Below, one piece after another: positions 20,598 to 32,349 of a stretch of DNA of 64,000 nt. The DNA is taken from positions 192,001 to 256,000 of the forward strand of contig OZ250165.1 in the NCBI GenBank assembly GCA_965238005.1. The letters are read 5' to 3'. Every line of letters starts with the position of its first letter. Positions within the stretch are counted from its first letter, which is position 1. The DNA comes from Longimicrobiales bacterium. Its GTDB lineage: Bacteria > Gemmatimonadota > Gemmatimonadetes > Longimicrobiales > Gaopeijiaceae. A program made the position numbers and the translations under genes. The notes beneath the pieces were generated by a model. That model searched no databases. It had not been told where the DNA came from and worked only from the letters and a program-made list of their open reading frames with translations.

Positions 20598-20720
20598 TCC
20601 TGTCGTGGAGTGTCCATGTCACGAGGCTCGCCCATGCTGGCGAGCCGCTCCTTAAACGCTTGCGTTGACACGCGTTTCGACCCCCTGAGTGAGACCGAGC
20701 GGCCTTAGGCATATACCCAA

Positions 20721-22184
20721 TTACGGTCCTCCGCGCAATGACCCGGGTCCCGCCGTTCCGAGCGACGGAGACCAGTCCGGCACCCGAACGTCGAACCCAC
20801 GCAGGAGCATGCGGTACTTGCCCGTGGCCGTGTCCACAACCATGAGCCCCGTCCCCCAATCGCGCCTCCCGATGAACACCAGGTGCCGCCCGTCGGGCGC
20901 CCAGCTCGGATCCTCGTTGTTTCCCTCCCAGGTGAGCTGCCGGAGGCGGCGCCCCCGATCCGACACCTCGGCCACCAGAATCTGATACCAGCCCCGCCGG
21001 CTCACGCGGCCGTGGAAGGCCACGTAATCGCCCATCGGAGCCCATTCGGGCGAGGTGTAGTAACCCTCCTGGCCGTGGAGGTACGGTGAGATGAGATCGG
21101 CCTCGCCACCTGACGCAGGCATCACGTAGATCTGAGGATGGGCGCTGCCGAGACGGTTGGAGTTGAAGGCCATCCGGCTGCCGTCGGGGGAAAACGTGGG
21201 CGAGATGTCGTCCCAGCGTCCGCCGCTGATGTGCGTGAGGCAGCAGTTCCGCTCCAGATCGTAACGGAAGATCCCGCTCCGGTTACCGCCGGTGACGGCA
21301 AACGCCAGCTCCCGGCCGTTCGGGTTGTAGGTCGGGGTGATGTGGTCACCGACCCGGTTCGGCTCGAGAACCCTCTCCTCCCCCGTGTCCAGGTTCAACT
21401 CGTAGATCCTGGGCAAGCCGGTGTCTTTTCGGGACGTAAAGGCGATCCGCTTCCCGTCGGGAGACCAGGTGGGGCTCATGGTCAGGTCGCCGTAGTCCGT
21501 GAGGCGCCGAAAGCTCTCCCCGTCGGAGTCGATGAGGTAGACCTCCTGGTTGCCGTCCTCGGTCCTCCGCGAGAACGCGATCCGGCTGGCGGCCATGCCG
21601 GGCTCGTCGAAGATCCACTCCACGATGGCGTCCGACGCAACGTGGACGGCCATCCGAAAGTCGTCCGACATATCGGCGGGGATGGGAAAGCGCCCGCGCT
21701 GGCGGACCTCGCCATAGACGACGTCATGGAGCTCCAGGACCAGCACGAACCCCTCGCCGGCTCCTTCCAGCGCGCCCGAGAGGAGCCAGACGGCCCCCAG
21801 CTGATCCCAGAGCTGATAGTCAATCTCGTCGCCCACCAGCGACTCCGGAAGGGAGTCCATGATCTCGAACCGGTCGCTGTAGCGCAGGTCCCGGGCCATG
21901 ATGGCCTCGACCCGTGGAGCCGAGGCCTCACCCCCCAGCCGGCCCGAGAAGGGCTGGAAGGCGAGAGCGGGTTGATACCCCCTCTCGTAGAGGAGCCCGA
22001 GCGTGACGCCCGGAATGGAGTCGGGCCCCTGGGCCGCCGCAGGCTCGAAGGGCAGAACCGCCGCCGCCAGGGCGAAGGCCAGCAGCCATCCCCGAACGCC
22101 ACTTCTCGAGCCCGCCATCCCCACCTTCGGGTTCGTCCGCAAATCATCATTCCTCGACACGTCCCGTTTCATTCGCGACCTCAC
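20721..22184 (-). CDS. tolB: TolB-like beta-propeller protein
   Basis: PD40 repeats SPTWSPDGKRIAF, SPTFSPDG, DPSWAPDG; start uncertain. Confidence 0.9.
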   Translation of the reverse strand: MRSRMKRDVSRNDDLRTNPKVGMAGSRSGVRGWLLAFALAAAVLPFEPAAAQGPDSIPGVTLGLLYERGYQPALAFQPFSGRLGGEASAPRVEAIMARDLRYSDRFEIMDSLPESLVGDEIDYQLWDQLGAVWLLSGALEGAGEGFVLVLELHDVVYGEVRQRGRFPIPADMSDDFRMAVHVASDAIVEWIFDEPGMAASRIAFSRRTEDGNQEVYLIDSDGESFRRLTDYGDLTMSPTWSPDGKRIAFTSRKDTGLPRIYELNLDTGEERVLEPNRVGDHITPTYNPNGRELAFAVTGGNRSGIFRYDLERNCCLTHISGGRWDDISPTFSPDGSRMAFNSNRLGSAHPQIYVMPASGGEADLISPYLHGQEGYYTSPEWAPMGDYVAFHGRVSRRGWYQILVAEVSDRGRRLRQLTWEGNNEDPSWAPDGRHLVFIGRRDWGTGLMVVDTATGKYRMLLRGFDVRVPDWSPSLGTAGPGSLRGGP

Positions 22185-22248
22185 GTCGGTTGACTCGTCC
22201 CGCCGGACCAGTGCGCAAGGTACCGTACCAGTGCGCAGGGTAAAGGGC

Positions 22249-23031
22249 TCAGGGCAGGAGCGCCTCCACCTTCACTGTCTCCTCCGGAAGATCCGTACCG
22301 CGCCCGCCCTTGGGATCGATCTTGAAGACGACCGGCAGGAGATCGAAGGGAAGATCTTCGGGGAGCGGTCCCAGACGGCCTCGGCTCCCAGCACACTCCG
22401 CGGCCCCCATGGCCTCTATGTCGAAGGGCGTGTTGTTAGAGGACTCCAGCACGTCGATGCCGGAAACCGTTCCGTCGCGGTTGATGACGAAGTAGATGGT
22501 CGCCCGAAAGTCGTCGGATCCCCTCCACCGGAAGCACCGCTGCATCTGACGGATGATGTTGTGGTAATACTCCGGATAGTCCCGTCGGACCCCCTCCATG
22601 CGCACGTTCAGGTCCTCACCCGGAGTCTCCACGTCGGGGTCGGGATCCGGGCTCGTGGGCACCGCCGGGTCCTCCTCTGGCTCGGGCTCGGGAGGGGACG
22701 TCACGTCTTCGGGCTTCGGGTCCTCCTCGGGGGGAGGCTCGTCTTCGATGACGGGCGGCGGCGTCTCCTCCCGAGGCTCCGGCACGACCTCCTGGGGGGT
22801 CTCGATGACCAGCTCCTCGGGCGGCGGCGGCGTGGGATCCCCGAGCTCCGCCGCGGGAGGTGACACCAGCTCGATCTCGTACACGACGAAGTTGGGGACT
22901 ACGCGCTCGATGGCCGACGTCCACCACGCAAGGAAGATTGCGATGGTGTGGACGAGGGCCGATCCCAGGAGGGGGCCCTTGCCGACCTTCTCGTGCTGTC
23001 GCCGCCTGGGCGTCGCGACCGGGCCGGTCAT
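22249..23031 (-). CDS. TolA/TonB C-terminal domain protein
   Basis: TM with His, Pro/Glu-rich linker, FVINRDGTVSGIDVLESS domain; in the tol operon. Confidence 0.85.
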   Translation of the reverse strand: MTGPVATPRRRQHEKVGKGPLLGSALVHTIAIFLAWWTSAIERVVPNFVVYEIELVSPPAAELGDPTPPPPEELVIETPQEVVPEPREETPPPVIEDEPPPEEDPKPEDVTSPPEPEPEEDPAVPTSPDPDPDVETPGEDLNVRMEGVRRDYPEYYHNIIRQMQRCFRWRGSDDFRATIYFVINRDGTVSGIDVLESSNNTPFDIEAMGAAECAGSRGRLGPLPEDLPFDLLPVVFKIDPKGGRGTDLPEETVKVEALLP

Positions 23032-23435
23032 CTTCGGGGACGTTGTTGGGCCACCACAGCGAACGGGAGTCCGCTGTCCTTGACGGTCCCCATGATCTCG
23101 ACCCCGATCCCCCAGGCGGCCAGGGAGTCCGCCTGGATCCAGACCTTCTCGATCCGGCCGCCGGAGACGAGCTGGCTGAAGGACTGGGCGAAGTCGGTCC
23201 GGTTCACGGGCGTCTCGGCCAGGTAGACCGTGCCCTCGCGGTCCACCGATACGATGAGCGTGTTGTCTTCAGCCGACAGGGCGGAGACCTCCGCCTCGGG
23301 GACCTCCACCTCGATGCCACCCTGGAGGATGGGCGCCGTGATGATGAAGATGATGAGCAGCGTGAAGGCCACGTCCACCAGGCTGGTGACGTTGATGTCG
23401 GACATGAGCTCCAGATCCCGAGCCTTCGATCGCAT
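23028..23435 (-). CDS. tolR: TolR/ExbD
   Basis: DINVTSLVDVAFTLLIIFIITAP. Confidence 0.9.
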   Translation of the reverse strand: MRSKARDLELMSDINVTSLVDVAFTLLIIFIITAPILQGGIEVEVPEAEVSALSAEDNTLIVSVDREGTVYLAETPVNRTDFAQSFSQLVSGGRIEKVWIQADSLAAWGIGVEIMGTVKDSGLPFAVVAQQRPRR

Positions 23436-23457
23436 TATCCGGCCTCGCAGGTGCGCA

Positions 23458-24177
23458 TCATATCCGGCCCTCCCGGGCCAGCGTCCCGATGAACTCGCTG
23501 GAGAAGCCCTCCAGCTCGCCACTCACCAGGTTCAGCCTCGCCACGAAGTGGTTGTAGGCGATGACCGCGGGAATGGCCACGGCCAGCCCCGCCACGGTGG
23601 TCACCAGTGCCTCGGCCACGCCGGGGGCCACCGCCCCGATGTTGGTGGAGCCCGACACCGTGATCCCAAGGAAGGTGTTGGTGATGCCGATGACCGTCCC
23701 CATGAGCCCCAAGAGGGGTGACACCGAGCCCATGACCGCAAGCCAGGTGAGGCCCCGGCCCAGCTCGTCCCTCTCCTCGGCCTCCTCCTTCTCGAGCACA
23801 AGCTTCAGGGCCTGGAGCTGGGTCAGTGACAGCCCGTCGCCGACGGGGGCGCCCTCCCGGAGGGCACCGGGCCTGAGCTCGCTGAAGAAGTTCACGCCCT
23901 GCCGAAACACACGGCCGTAGGGCGATGCGGGGAGGGCGATGATGGCCTTGTAGGCGTCTTCCAGGCCCGTTGCGCGCTCCATCTGCTGGAGGAAGCGACT
24001 GCCCTGGTGCCGGACGGTCCTGAACTGCCTCGCCTTCCAGAAGATGAGGATCCAAGAGGCCGCCGAGGACACGGCGAGCAAGAGCAGGACGAGCCTGGTC
24101 GCGAGACTCCCGCCGAACACCATGTCCCATGCGCTGGTCGGCGCGCCGACCTGCGCGAGGAGTGTGGAAAGCCCCAC
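23458..24177 (-). CDS. tolQ: TolQ/ExbB proton channel
   Basis: SPLLGLMGTVIGI, VAPGVAEALVTTVAGLAVAIPA. Confidence 0.92.
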   Translation of the reverse strand: MGLSTLLAQVGAPTSAWDMVFGGSLATRLVLLLLAVSSAASWILIFWKARQFRTVRHQGSRFLQQMERATGLEDAYKAIIALPASPYGRVFRQGVNFFSELRPGALREGAPVGDGLSLTQLQALKLVLEKEEAEERDELGRGLTWLAVMGSVSPLLGLMGTVIGITNTFLGITVSGSTNIGAVAPGVAEALVTTVAGLAVAIPAVIAYNHFVARLNLVSGELEGFSSEFIGTLAREGRI

Positions 24178-25173
24178 TTAGGAGCTTTTCCGGACTGCGG
24201 CCTCATGCGTTGCCACTCGTAGTCCCCGGTTTGCAATGAAGTTAAACGTCTCCCGCAGACCGTCCTTGAGCGCGTGGCGGGGTGCCCAGCCCCGATCCGC
24301 GAAGCGCGACACGTCCAGGGTGCTGTGGTGCAGCTCTCCCGGGCGCTCAGCCCGATAGATGCGGCCGGGATGATCGGCGGCGATGCTCTCGAGCAAGTCG
24401 GCGAGGCGGTTCACGCTGGTCCCCGTCCCCGTGCCCACGTTGAATGCCACCGAATCGAGATCAGGCTCTCGGCTCAGCGTCATGTCCGAAGCTCTGAGGT
24501 TGGCGCTCACCACGTCCTTAACGTATACGTAGTCACGGGTCTGCTCCCCGTCACCGAAGATGGTGAGCTCTTCCCCGGACTGCAGGCGGTCGCAGAAAAT
24601 CGCTACTACACCCGCCTCCCCATGTGGATCCTGGCGTGGCCCGTAGACGTTGGCGTACCGCAAAGCCACGTATTCCAGGCCGTGCACCTCGCGATAGTAG
24701 TGAAGGTAGTGCTCCCCCGAGAGCTTCGTGACGCCATACGGCGAGAGGGGCAGCTTCGGCGCCGACTCGGGTGTGGGCACCTCCTCCGGCTCGCCGTAGA
24801 CGACCCCTCCGCTGGACACGTAGATGATCCTCTTGGTGCCAGCCCCCCGCGCTCCTTCGAGGACGTTGATGAGTCCGAGGACGTTCACGGCAGCGTCCCT
24901 GGCCGGGTCGGCCACGGAGAAACGGATGTCGATCTGCGCCGCGTGCTGGTTCACGAGGTCGAAAGGGACCTCCCGGAAGAGATCCCTGAGGGCCGGGTCG
25001 GCGATGTCCATCTCGATGAACTCGACCTCGGGGCCTACGTTGTCCCGGATCCCGCTGGAGAGATCGTCCACTACCCACACACGGTCACCACGCGCCACGT
25101 AGGCGTCGACCACGTGGCTGCCGATGAACCCGGCACCACCCGTCACGAGGACCTTCCTTGCCGAATCACTCAT
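24178..25173 (-). CDS. NAD-dependent epimerase (UDP-glucose 4-epimerase-like)
   Basis: VTGGAGFIGSH, SPYGVTK, RYANVYGPRQDPHGEAGVV; start overlaps the hemA stop. Confidence 0.92.
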   Translation of the reverse strand: MSDSARKVLVTGGAGFIGSHVVDAYVARGDRVWVVDDLSSGIRDNVGPEVEFIEMDIADPALRDLFREVPFDLVNQHAAQIDIRFSVADPARDAAVNVLGLINVLEGARGAGTKRIIYVSSGGVVYGEPEEVPTPESAPKLPLSPYGVTKLSGEHYLHYYREVHGLEYVALRYANVYGPRQDPHGEAGVVAIFCDRLQSGEELTIFGDGEQTRDYVYVKDVVSANLRASDMTLSREPDLDSVAFNVGTGTGTSVNRLADLLESIAADHPGRIYRAERPGELHHSTLDVSRFADRGWAPRHALKDGLRETFNFIANRGLRVATHEAAVRKSS

Positions 25174-26542
25174 CCGTGTCATTCCGCTCCGACTGTTCAG
25201 CAAGTTCCGGTCCAGAGTCCGTGGGTGCCCGTGCCGGATCCTCGGGATCCTCGTCCGGCTCGGAGTCCTCGAGGGCGTGGAGGTAGCGGATGGCGTCGAT
25301 GAACTCGGCCCCCCGGCCGTCGGCGACACCCTCCTTCAGGCGGGTGGTGGGCTCGTGCAGCAGCTTGTTGAGCAGCCGCTTCGAGAACGACTCCACGACC
25401 TCCCGATCCTCCTCGGGTAGATGGGAGAGACGGTGCCAGAGCCACTCCAGCTCGCTCTCTCTCAGGTGGCCCCACCGGCCCCGGAAGCTCTTGATCAAGG
25501 GGACCATGTCGCGGGCGTCGTGCCATCGGGCGAATGCCTCGGCGTGCTCCCGCACGATGGCTTCGGCGTCGGCGACGGAGGCCTGCCTCCGGACCAGGTT
25601 CCCGTCTACGATCTCGCGCAGATCGTCCACGTTGTAGAGGAATACATTGTCCTCACCGCCCAGCTCTGGCTCCACGTCTCTGGGGATAGCCAGATCCAGG
25701 ATCAGGAGCGGCTTCTTGCGGCGCCCCCCCACGGCATGGCGGAAGCCGTCGAGGGTGACCAGGGCGTGGGGGGCCGCCGTGGACGCCACCAGAACGTCGG
25801 TCTGGGCCAGGGCGAAGGGCATCTCGTCGAAGTGGACCGCTTTTCCGGCCAGTCGTTCGGCGAGGTTCTGGGCTCGGTCGTAGGTCCGGTTAGCCACGAT
25901 GACGCCCAGGATGCGATCCCGCTTAAGGGCTTCCACGACCAGCTCCGCCGTGGTGCCGGCACCCAGGATCATCACCTGACAGCCCTCCAGGTCGCCGAAG
26001 ATCTTGCGGGCCAGCTTCACGGCCACCGACGCCACGCTCGCCGCCCCCTCGCCGAGAGGAGTCTTGGACCGGATCTCACCACCCACGGCAAAGGCCGTCT
26101 GGAAGAGTCGATGGAGCACGGGGCCGGCAACGGGCGGGTCAACGGGCACGCGGCCGGCCAGCTCATATGCGTTCTTCGCCTGTCCTTGGATCTCGGCCTC
26201 GCCCAGAATGAGAGAATCCAGGCCGGCCACGACACGGTAGAGGTGACGAACCGACTCCAGGCCCTGCCGTCGATACAGATACTGTGCCGTCCCTCCCACC
26301 AGACCACCGGCCTTCTCCGACAGGACGGCCTCCGCGGCCGCCAGAAGGTCAGGGTCCGACCCCGGGCAGAGGTACAGCTCCGTCCGGTTGCAGGTGGAGA
26401 GGAGGACGACCTCCTTCATTCCGGCACGGTTGCGGAGCCCGCCCAGGGCCGCCACGACCTCGCTCTCGGTGAAGGCGAAACGCTCCCGTATCTCCACGGG
26501 GGCCGTCCGATGGCTCACACCCACGACCGCAATGGAGGTCAC
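25166..26542 (-). CDS. hemA: Glutamyl-tRNA reductase
   Basis: GVSHRTAPVEIRE, LSTCNRTE, GLDSLILGEAEIQGQ, DLAIPRDVE; GTG overlaps the upstream stop. Confidence 0.97.
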   Translation of the reverse strand: MTSIAVVGVSHRTAPVEIRERFAFTESEVVAALGGLRNRAGMKEVVLLSTCNRTELYLCPGSDPDLLAAAEAVLSEKAGGLVGGTAQYLYRRQGLESVRHLYRVVAGLDSLILGEAEIQGQAKNAYELAGRVPVDPPVAGPVLHRLFQTAFAVGGEIRSKTPLGEGAASVASVAVKLARKIFGDLEGCQVMILGAGTTAELVVEALKRDRILGVIVANRTYDRAQNLAERLAGKAVHFDEMPFALAQTDVLVASTAAPHALVTLDGFRHAVGGRRKKPLLILDLAIPRDVEPELGGEDNVFLYNVDDLREIVDGNLVRRQASVADAEAIVREHAEAFARWHDARDMVPLIKSFRGRWGHLRESELEWLWHRLSHLPEEDREVVESFSKRLLNKLLHEPTTRLKEGVADGRGAEFIDAIRYLHALEDSEPDEDPEDPARAPTDSGPELAEQSERNDTDE

Positions 26543-27348
26543 AGGAAGAAGCCTCCGCCGGAGCTCACCAGTCGGAGTGTCAGGTACGACACGATGACGA
26601 AGGCGAAGCCCACCACGGTCGTCAGAGCGCTCCTGCGCTCCTTGAGGCCTCCCCCCGCTCTCGACCCCAGTGCGGCCACGAAGACGAGCCAACTCAGGAC
26701 GGCCCAAACCACCTTGGGGTTGGATTGATCCAGGGAGTTCCGGAAGCTCACCGTCCACGCCCATCCCAGAACGAGTGCGAGCGTGAAGGCCGGAAAGCCG
26801 GCGACCAACCCAACCCGAACGAGGCGATCCAGAGTGGCCAGAGGCGGGGTGAACTGGAAGAGTCGTCCCAGACGCTTGCTGTTAAGCTCTCGGAGCTGGA
26901 CCAGGTAGAGGAGTCCCGCCGCGAAGGCCAGCGCCAGCCCACAGAGCCCGGCGAAGGCGAGGGTCACATGAAAGACGAACCAAGCTCCCTGAAAGTCCAA
27001 GACTTGGGAAGTCGGCTCGAAGCCGAGTGAGACGGCGATCCCCTGGAGAACGATCACGCCCGGGATGATGACGATCCCCACCCTCCGCCCTTCGCCCAGA
27101 CCGAGAGTGGCGACGAGCCCGGCTCCGATCACCAGGGCCAGGGTGGAGAGCGAAGGAGCCAGTCCGACCAGGGGAAGCTGGCCGTAGGCCGCCGTGAAGC
27201 GGGCCAGCGCGACCGCGTGTACCAGGACTCCCGCGGCGGCCATGCCGAAGGCGAGGTGGGGTCCACGACCTCGCCCCCCGGTCAGGAGGGAACGGAACCA
27301 CAGGATCAGAGATCCGATGTATAGAAGAAGGGCGACTACGTGTGTCAA
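26539..27348 (-). CDS. Cytochrome c assembly/HemX-like membrane protein (CcsA family)
   Basis: Multiple TMs, FHVTLAF, LPPLxxLD-like (TPPLATLD), NPKVVW; upstream of hemA. Confidence 0.85.
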   Translation of the reverse strand: MTHVVALLLYIGSLILWFRSLLTGGRGRGPHLAFGMAAAGVLVHAVALARFTAAYGQLPLVGLAPSLSTLALVIGAGLVATLGLGEGRRVGIVIIPGVIVLQGIAVSLGFEPTSQVLDFQGAWFVFHVTLAFAGLCGLALAFAAGLLYLVQLRELNSKRLGRLFQFTPPLATLDRLVRVGLVAGFPAFTLALVLGWAWTVSFRNSLDQSNPKVVWAVLSWLVFVAALGSRAGGGLKERRSALTTVVGFAFVIVSYLTLRLVSSGGGFFL

Positions 27349-27379
27349 CGGGCCGCGTCAGGGTGAAAAGGTCCGGACC

Positions 27380-28486
27380 CTACCTCATCTTGCGATCCAA
27401 GTGTACCGCGATCCCGGTGCGGAACACAGGCCCCTGTAAGGATACGATCCTTGCCGAAGACGTCTGGCTCTCCGTCGCCACCACCCGGAGCCGGCCCACC
27501 ACCTCCTCGGTCGAGCCGTCACCCTCGAATGCGACGTACTCGTCGCCGATTTCCACCCCGTGCTCCCCACCTTTGTCTAGAATAGCGACATCGCTAAGGC
27601 CGTACAGGGCGTGACTGCCACCGAACTCGACGACGAGAGCACTGGTGCGGCTCGTCACAACGTCCGGATACTGGCCCGCCTCCAGGTCGAAGTCCGGTGC
27701 CGGCCGGACCAAGTCACCCGACAGCACCCGCTCGAAGGGCTGTAGCACCACACCCTCGGTACCCCCGCCATCGGCTCTGGTGATGTACAGCACCCCTGTG
27801 GGACGGATGATGGAGCCCACGCCCACGACGGTCCGCACGGGCCGGAAGATCTGGAGGGCGTCGCCCACGGCGACGCGGAGGCCGTCGTCGAGGGAGAGAC
27901 GGACGCGCGTGTACGGAAGGGCGGTGCGGAGCTCACCCTGTGCGATGAACGACTCGATCTCCCCGTCGGACTCGACGTCGTCGGTGTTCTCGGGCCCCAG
28001 CCACTCGGCCGACCATACCGACGCCCGACTCACGAACAGGTAGTCGGCCTCCTCGAGCCCTCGAACACCCGTTGAGGTCATCGGATCACGGTAGAAGACG
28101 GATCGCCGGTCCCGCTCGCTGATCGTCTCCTCGGCCTCTGCGCCGCCCGGCGGGGCATCCGGGGCCTGCGGACGTGCCGCAACGACCTCCACGCCCCCTA
28201 CGATCGCAGGCTCGTCCGCGGCGATCGCAGGCTCGTCCGCGGCGATTCCGGGAATCACGAACTCCTGGTCCGGCCAGATGAGGTTCGGGTCCCCGATCTG
28301 GGACCGATTCGCCTCGTAGATGCGTGGCCACTGGAACGGATCCTCGTAATAGCGCTGGGCCAGGGCCCAGAGGGTCTCTCCAGCCACAACCACGTGCGTC
28401 CGGGAAGCGGTCTGTGCGGGCTGCTGCGCAACCGCAAAACCGGGGAAAATTGACAAGGCCAGCACGGCTATGGCGGACCGGACCAT
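27380..28486 (-). CDS. LysM peptidoglycan-binding protein
   Basis: Signal peptide then HVVVAGETLWALAQRYY..WPRIYEANR..IGDPNLIWP. Confidence 0.9.
   Translation of the reverse strand: MVRSAIAVLALSIFPGFAVAQQPAQTASRTHVVVAGETLWALAQRYYEDPFQWPRIYEANRSQIGDPNLIWPDQEFVIPGIAADEPAIAADEPAIVGGVEVVAARPQAPDAPPGGAEAEETISERDRRSVFYRDPMTSTGVRGLEEADYLFVSRASVWSAEWLGPENTDDVESDGEIESFIAQGELRTALPYTRVRLSLDDGLRVAVGDALQIFRPVRTVVGVGSIIRPTGVLYITRADGGGTEGVVLQPFERVLSGDLVRPAPDFDLEAGQYPDVVTSRTSALVVEFGGSHALYGLSDVAILDKGGEHGVEIGDEYVAFEGDGSTEEVVGRLRVVATESQTSSARIVSLQGPVFRTGIAVHLDRKMR
28201..28246 (-). repeat. 21-bp exact tandem duplication in the LysM linker
   Basis: CGATCGCAGGCTCGTCCGCGG twice; encodes IAADEPA x2. Confidence 0.9.
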
Positions 28487-28613
28487 GATCGCTTCCTTTT
28501 CCAGATGGGACAGGACTTTACGCTCCACTGTCCATGCTCGAAGATAGGCCGATACGGCCCTGGTGGTCAACGCGTTTTTTATCATTCGACTACAAACGTT
28601 TCCACAGAGATGC

Positions 28614-29102
28614 TCAGGAAGCGTCGTCATCTCCACCCGATCCCAGTGTCGCTTTGAGCACGCGCGCGTCCTCCCGGGGCCGCTCGTAGTACGCCTTCCG
28701 CACCCCGATCTCCTCGAAGCCACGACCCCTGTAGAGACGCAGGGCACCCTCATTCGACTCGCGAACCTCGAGGTAGAGATTCCGCACTCCAGCCTTCTCC
28801 GCCACACCCAGCATCCAATCGAGAAGCTCGGAGCCGATCCCCCGCCCCCTCAGGTCGGCGCGCACCGCGATGTTCGCCAGCTCCCCCTCCTCGATGATGC
28901 ACCAGAGGATTGCGTACGCAGCCACTTCCCCGTCCACCTCGGCGACCCAGAGCTCCGCGCCCGGTCGCTCCAGGAGTGAGTGGAAGGTGTTTTCCTTCCA
29001 GGGGGTGCTGAAGGTGGACGCCTCCATGCCGGCCACGGCGGACACGTCGCCGGCGGCCATGGGCCGCATGGTTGGACGGCGTATGGCGTCGCTCCCACTC
29101 AC
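28614..29102 (-). CDS. rimI: Ribosomal-protein alanine N-acetyltransferase RimI
   Basis: GELANIAV..RGRGIG, LEVRESN, RKAYY; follows tsaB. Confidence 0.93.
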   Translation of the reverse strand: MSGSDAIRRPTMRPMAAGDVSAVAGMEASTFSTPWKENTFHSLLERPGAELWVAEVDGEVAAYAILWCIIEEGELANIAVRADLRGRGIGSELLDWMLGVAEKAGVRNLYLEVRESNEGALRLYRGRGFEEIGVRKAYYERPREDARVLKATLGSGGDDDAS

Positions 29103-29863
29103 AGTGACGACCCGGAGATGCGCTCCGCGGAGGACGGCCGGAGATACTCGGGCCCCCAACGGGCCACATCGGCGACGGGAGCTCGCTCGGGTCCATTCCT
29201 CAGAACCGTGAGAAGCCCATCCCCCGTGGGCATTCCCAGGGGCGGCGGGAGCACCGGAAAGCCTGCGCCACGGATCTCGTCCGCGTGGCGGTCGGCCCCG
29301 TCGCCGCCGAAGATGGAGAAGGGCACGCTATCCGAGAGGATCTCTCCGATGGTCGTCGAATGAGGCGGGATGAGCTCCTCGAGCCCCTGCTCGGTGGGTA
29401 GATAGCACGCGGCGTACACGCGGTCGCTCCTGGCGTCGAAGAGGATGTAGCGGGGCCACGTCCGTTCGTCGTCGGAAAGCTCGGCCCGGGGCTCGTCGGA
29501 GAGGGGGACCCAGGGTGCGTCCACGGCCGCAGCCCCCGCCTCCAGCGACGAGACGGCCCAAAGGGGGACGTCGAGGGCCTGAGCCAGCCCCTTGGCCGTG
29601 GCCGCCGCCACGCGGACCCCGGTGAAGGAGCCGGGCCCCGACCCAACCACGAGGCCGGACAGCTCCCCCAGGTCCACCCCTCCCCCCTCGAGCGTCTCTT
29701 GGATCTTGGGTATCAGATCCGACGAGTGGGCGCCCTGCCTTCTCAGCGCGCTCCGTGCCAGAACATCCGTGCCGGCACCCACGGCTACCGAGCCCAGGGG
29801 CGTAGACGTGTCGAAGGCCAAGTAGAAGCCTTGCGTCGATCGAGGGGAGATGGTGTCGCTCAT
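29099..29863 (-). CDS. tsaB: tRNA t6A biosynthesis protein TsaB
   Basis: LAFDTST, GSGPGSFTGVRV, DARSDRVY. Confidence 0.95.
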   Translation of the reverse strand: MSDTISPRSTQGFYLAFDTSTPLGSVAVGAGTDVLARSALRRQGAHSSDLIPKIQETLEGGGVDLGELSGLVVGSGPGSFTGVRVAAATAKGLAQALDVPLWAVSSLEAGAAAVDAPWVPLSDEPRAELSDDERTWPRYILFDARSDRVYAACYLPTEQGLEELIPPHSTTIGEILSDSVPFSIFGGDGADRHADEIRGAGFPVLPPPLGMPTGDGLLTVLRNGPERAPVADVARWGPEYLRPSSAERISGSSL

Positions 29864-30317
29864 GCGCTCAGCGAGACCGGAAAGCCGGGAAGGTGGGGTG
29901 GGCGACCGACACGATACACCTCGACGGTGCGGGTGTCCGGGTCCCCGTCGACGCGATCCAGTGCGACCTCCCAGCGATCGGGGGGGAGCAGCTCCTCGGC
30001 CCGCTCCGGCCACTCCACCAGGACGAGCTCGTCAGGCGCTCCCAACTCCTGCCAACCCAGCTCCCAGAGCTCCTCCGGCCCGGAGAGGCGGTACAGGTCC
30101 AGATGCACGACCTGGAGTCCCCGGGGCACCGGATAGCGGAAAACGAGGTTGAAGGTCGGAGAAGGGATCGGCCCTTCCACACCGGCCCCCCTGGCGATGG
30201 CGCGAGCCAGGACCGACTTACCAGCTCCCAGCGGCCCCCGGAGCAGCACGAACATCGGGGAGTGTACCTCGGCACCTATGACTTCGCCCCAACGGACCAG
30301 CTCCACCTCGCTGAGAT

Positions 30318-30321
<4 letters not shown>
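29860..30321 (-). CDS. tsaE: tRNA t6A biosynthesis ATPase TsaE
   Basis: [26 protein letters not shown]. Confidence 0.96.
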
Positions 30322-32306
<1,985 letters not shown>

Positions 32307-32349
32307 CGATGCGTCGGCGTCTCGAACGTTCGGCTCGGCCGGTAGCCGT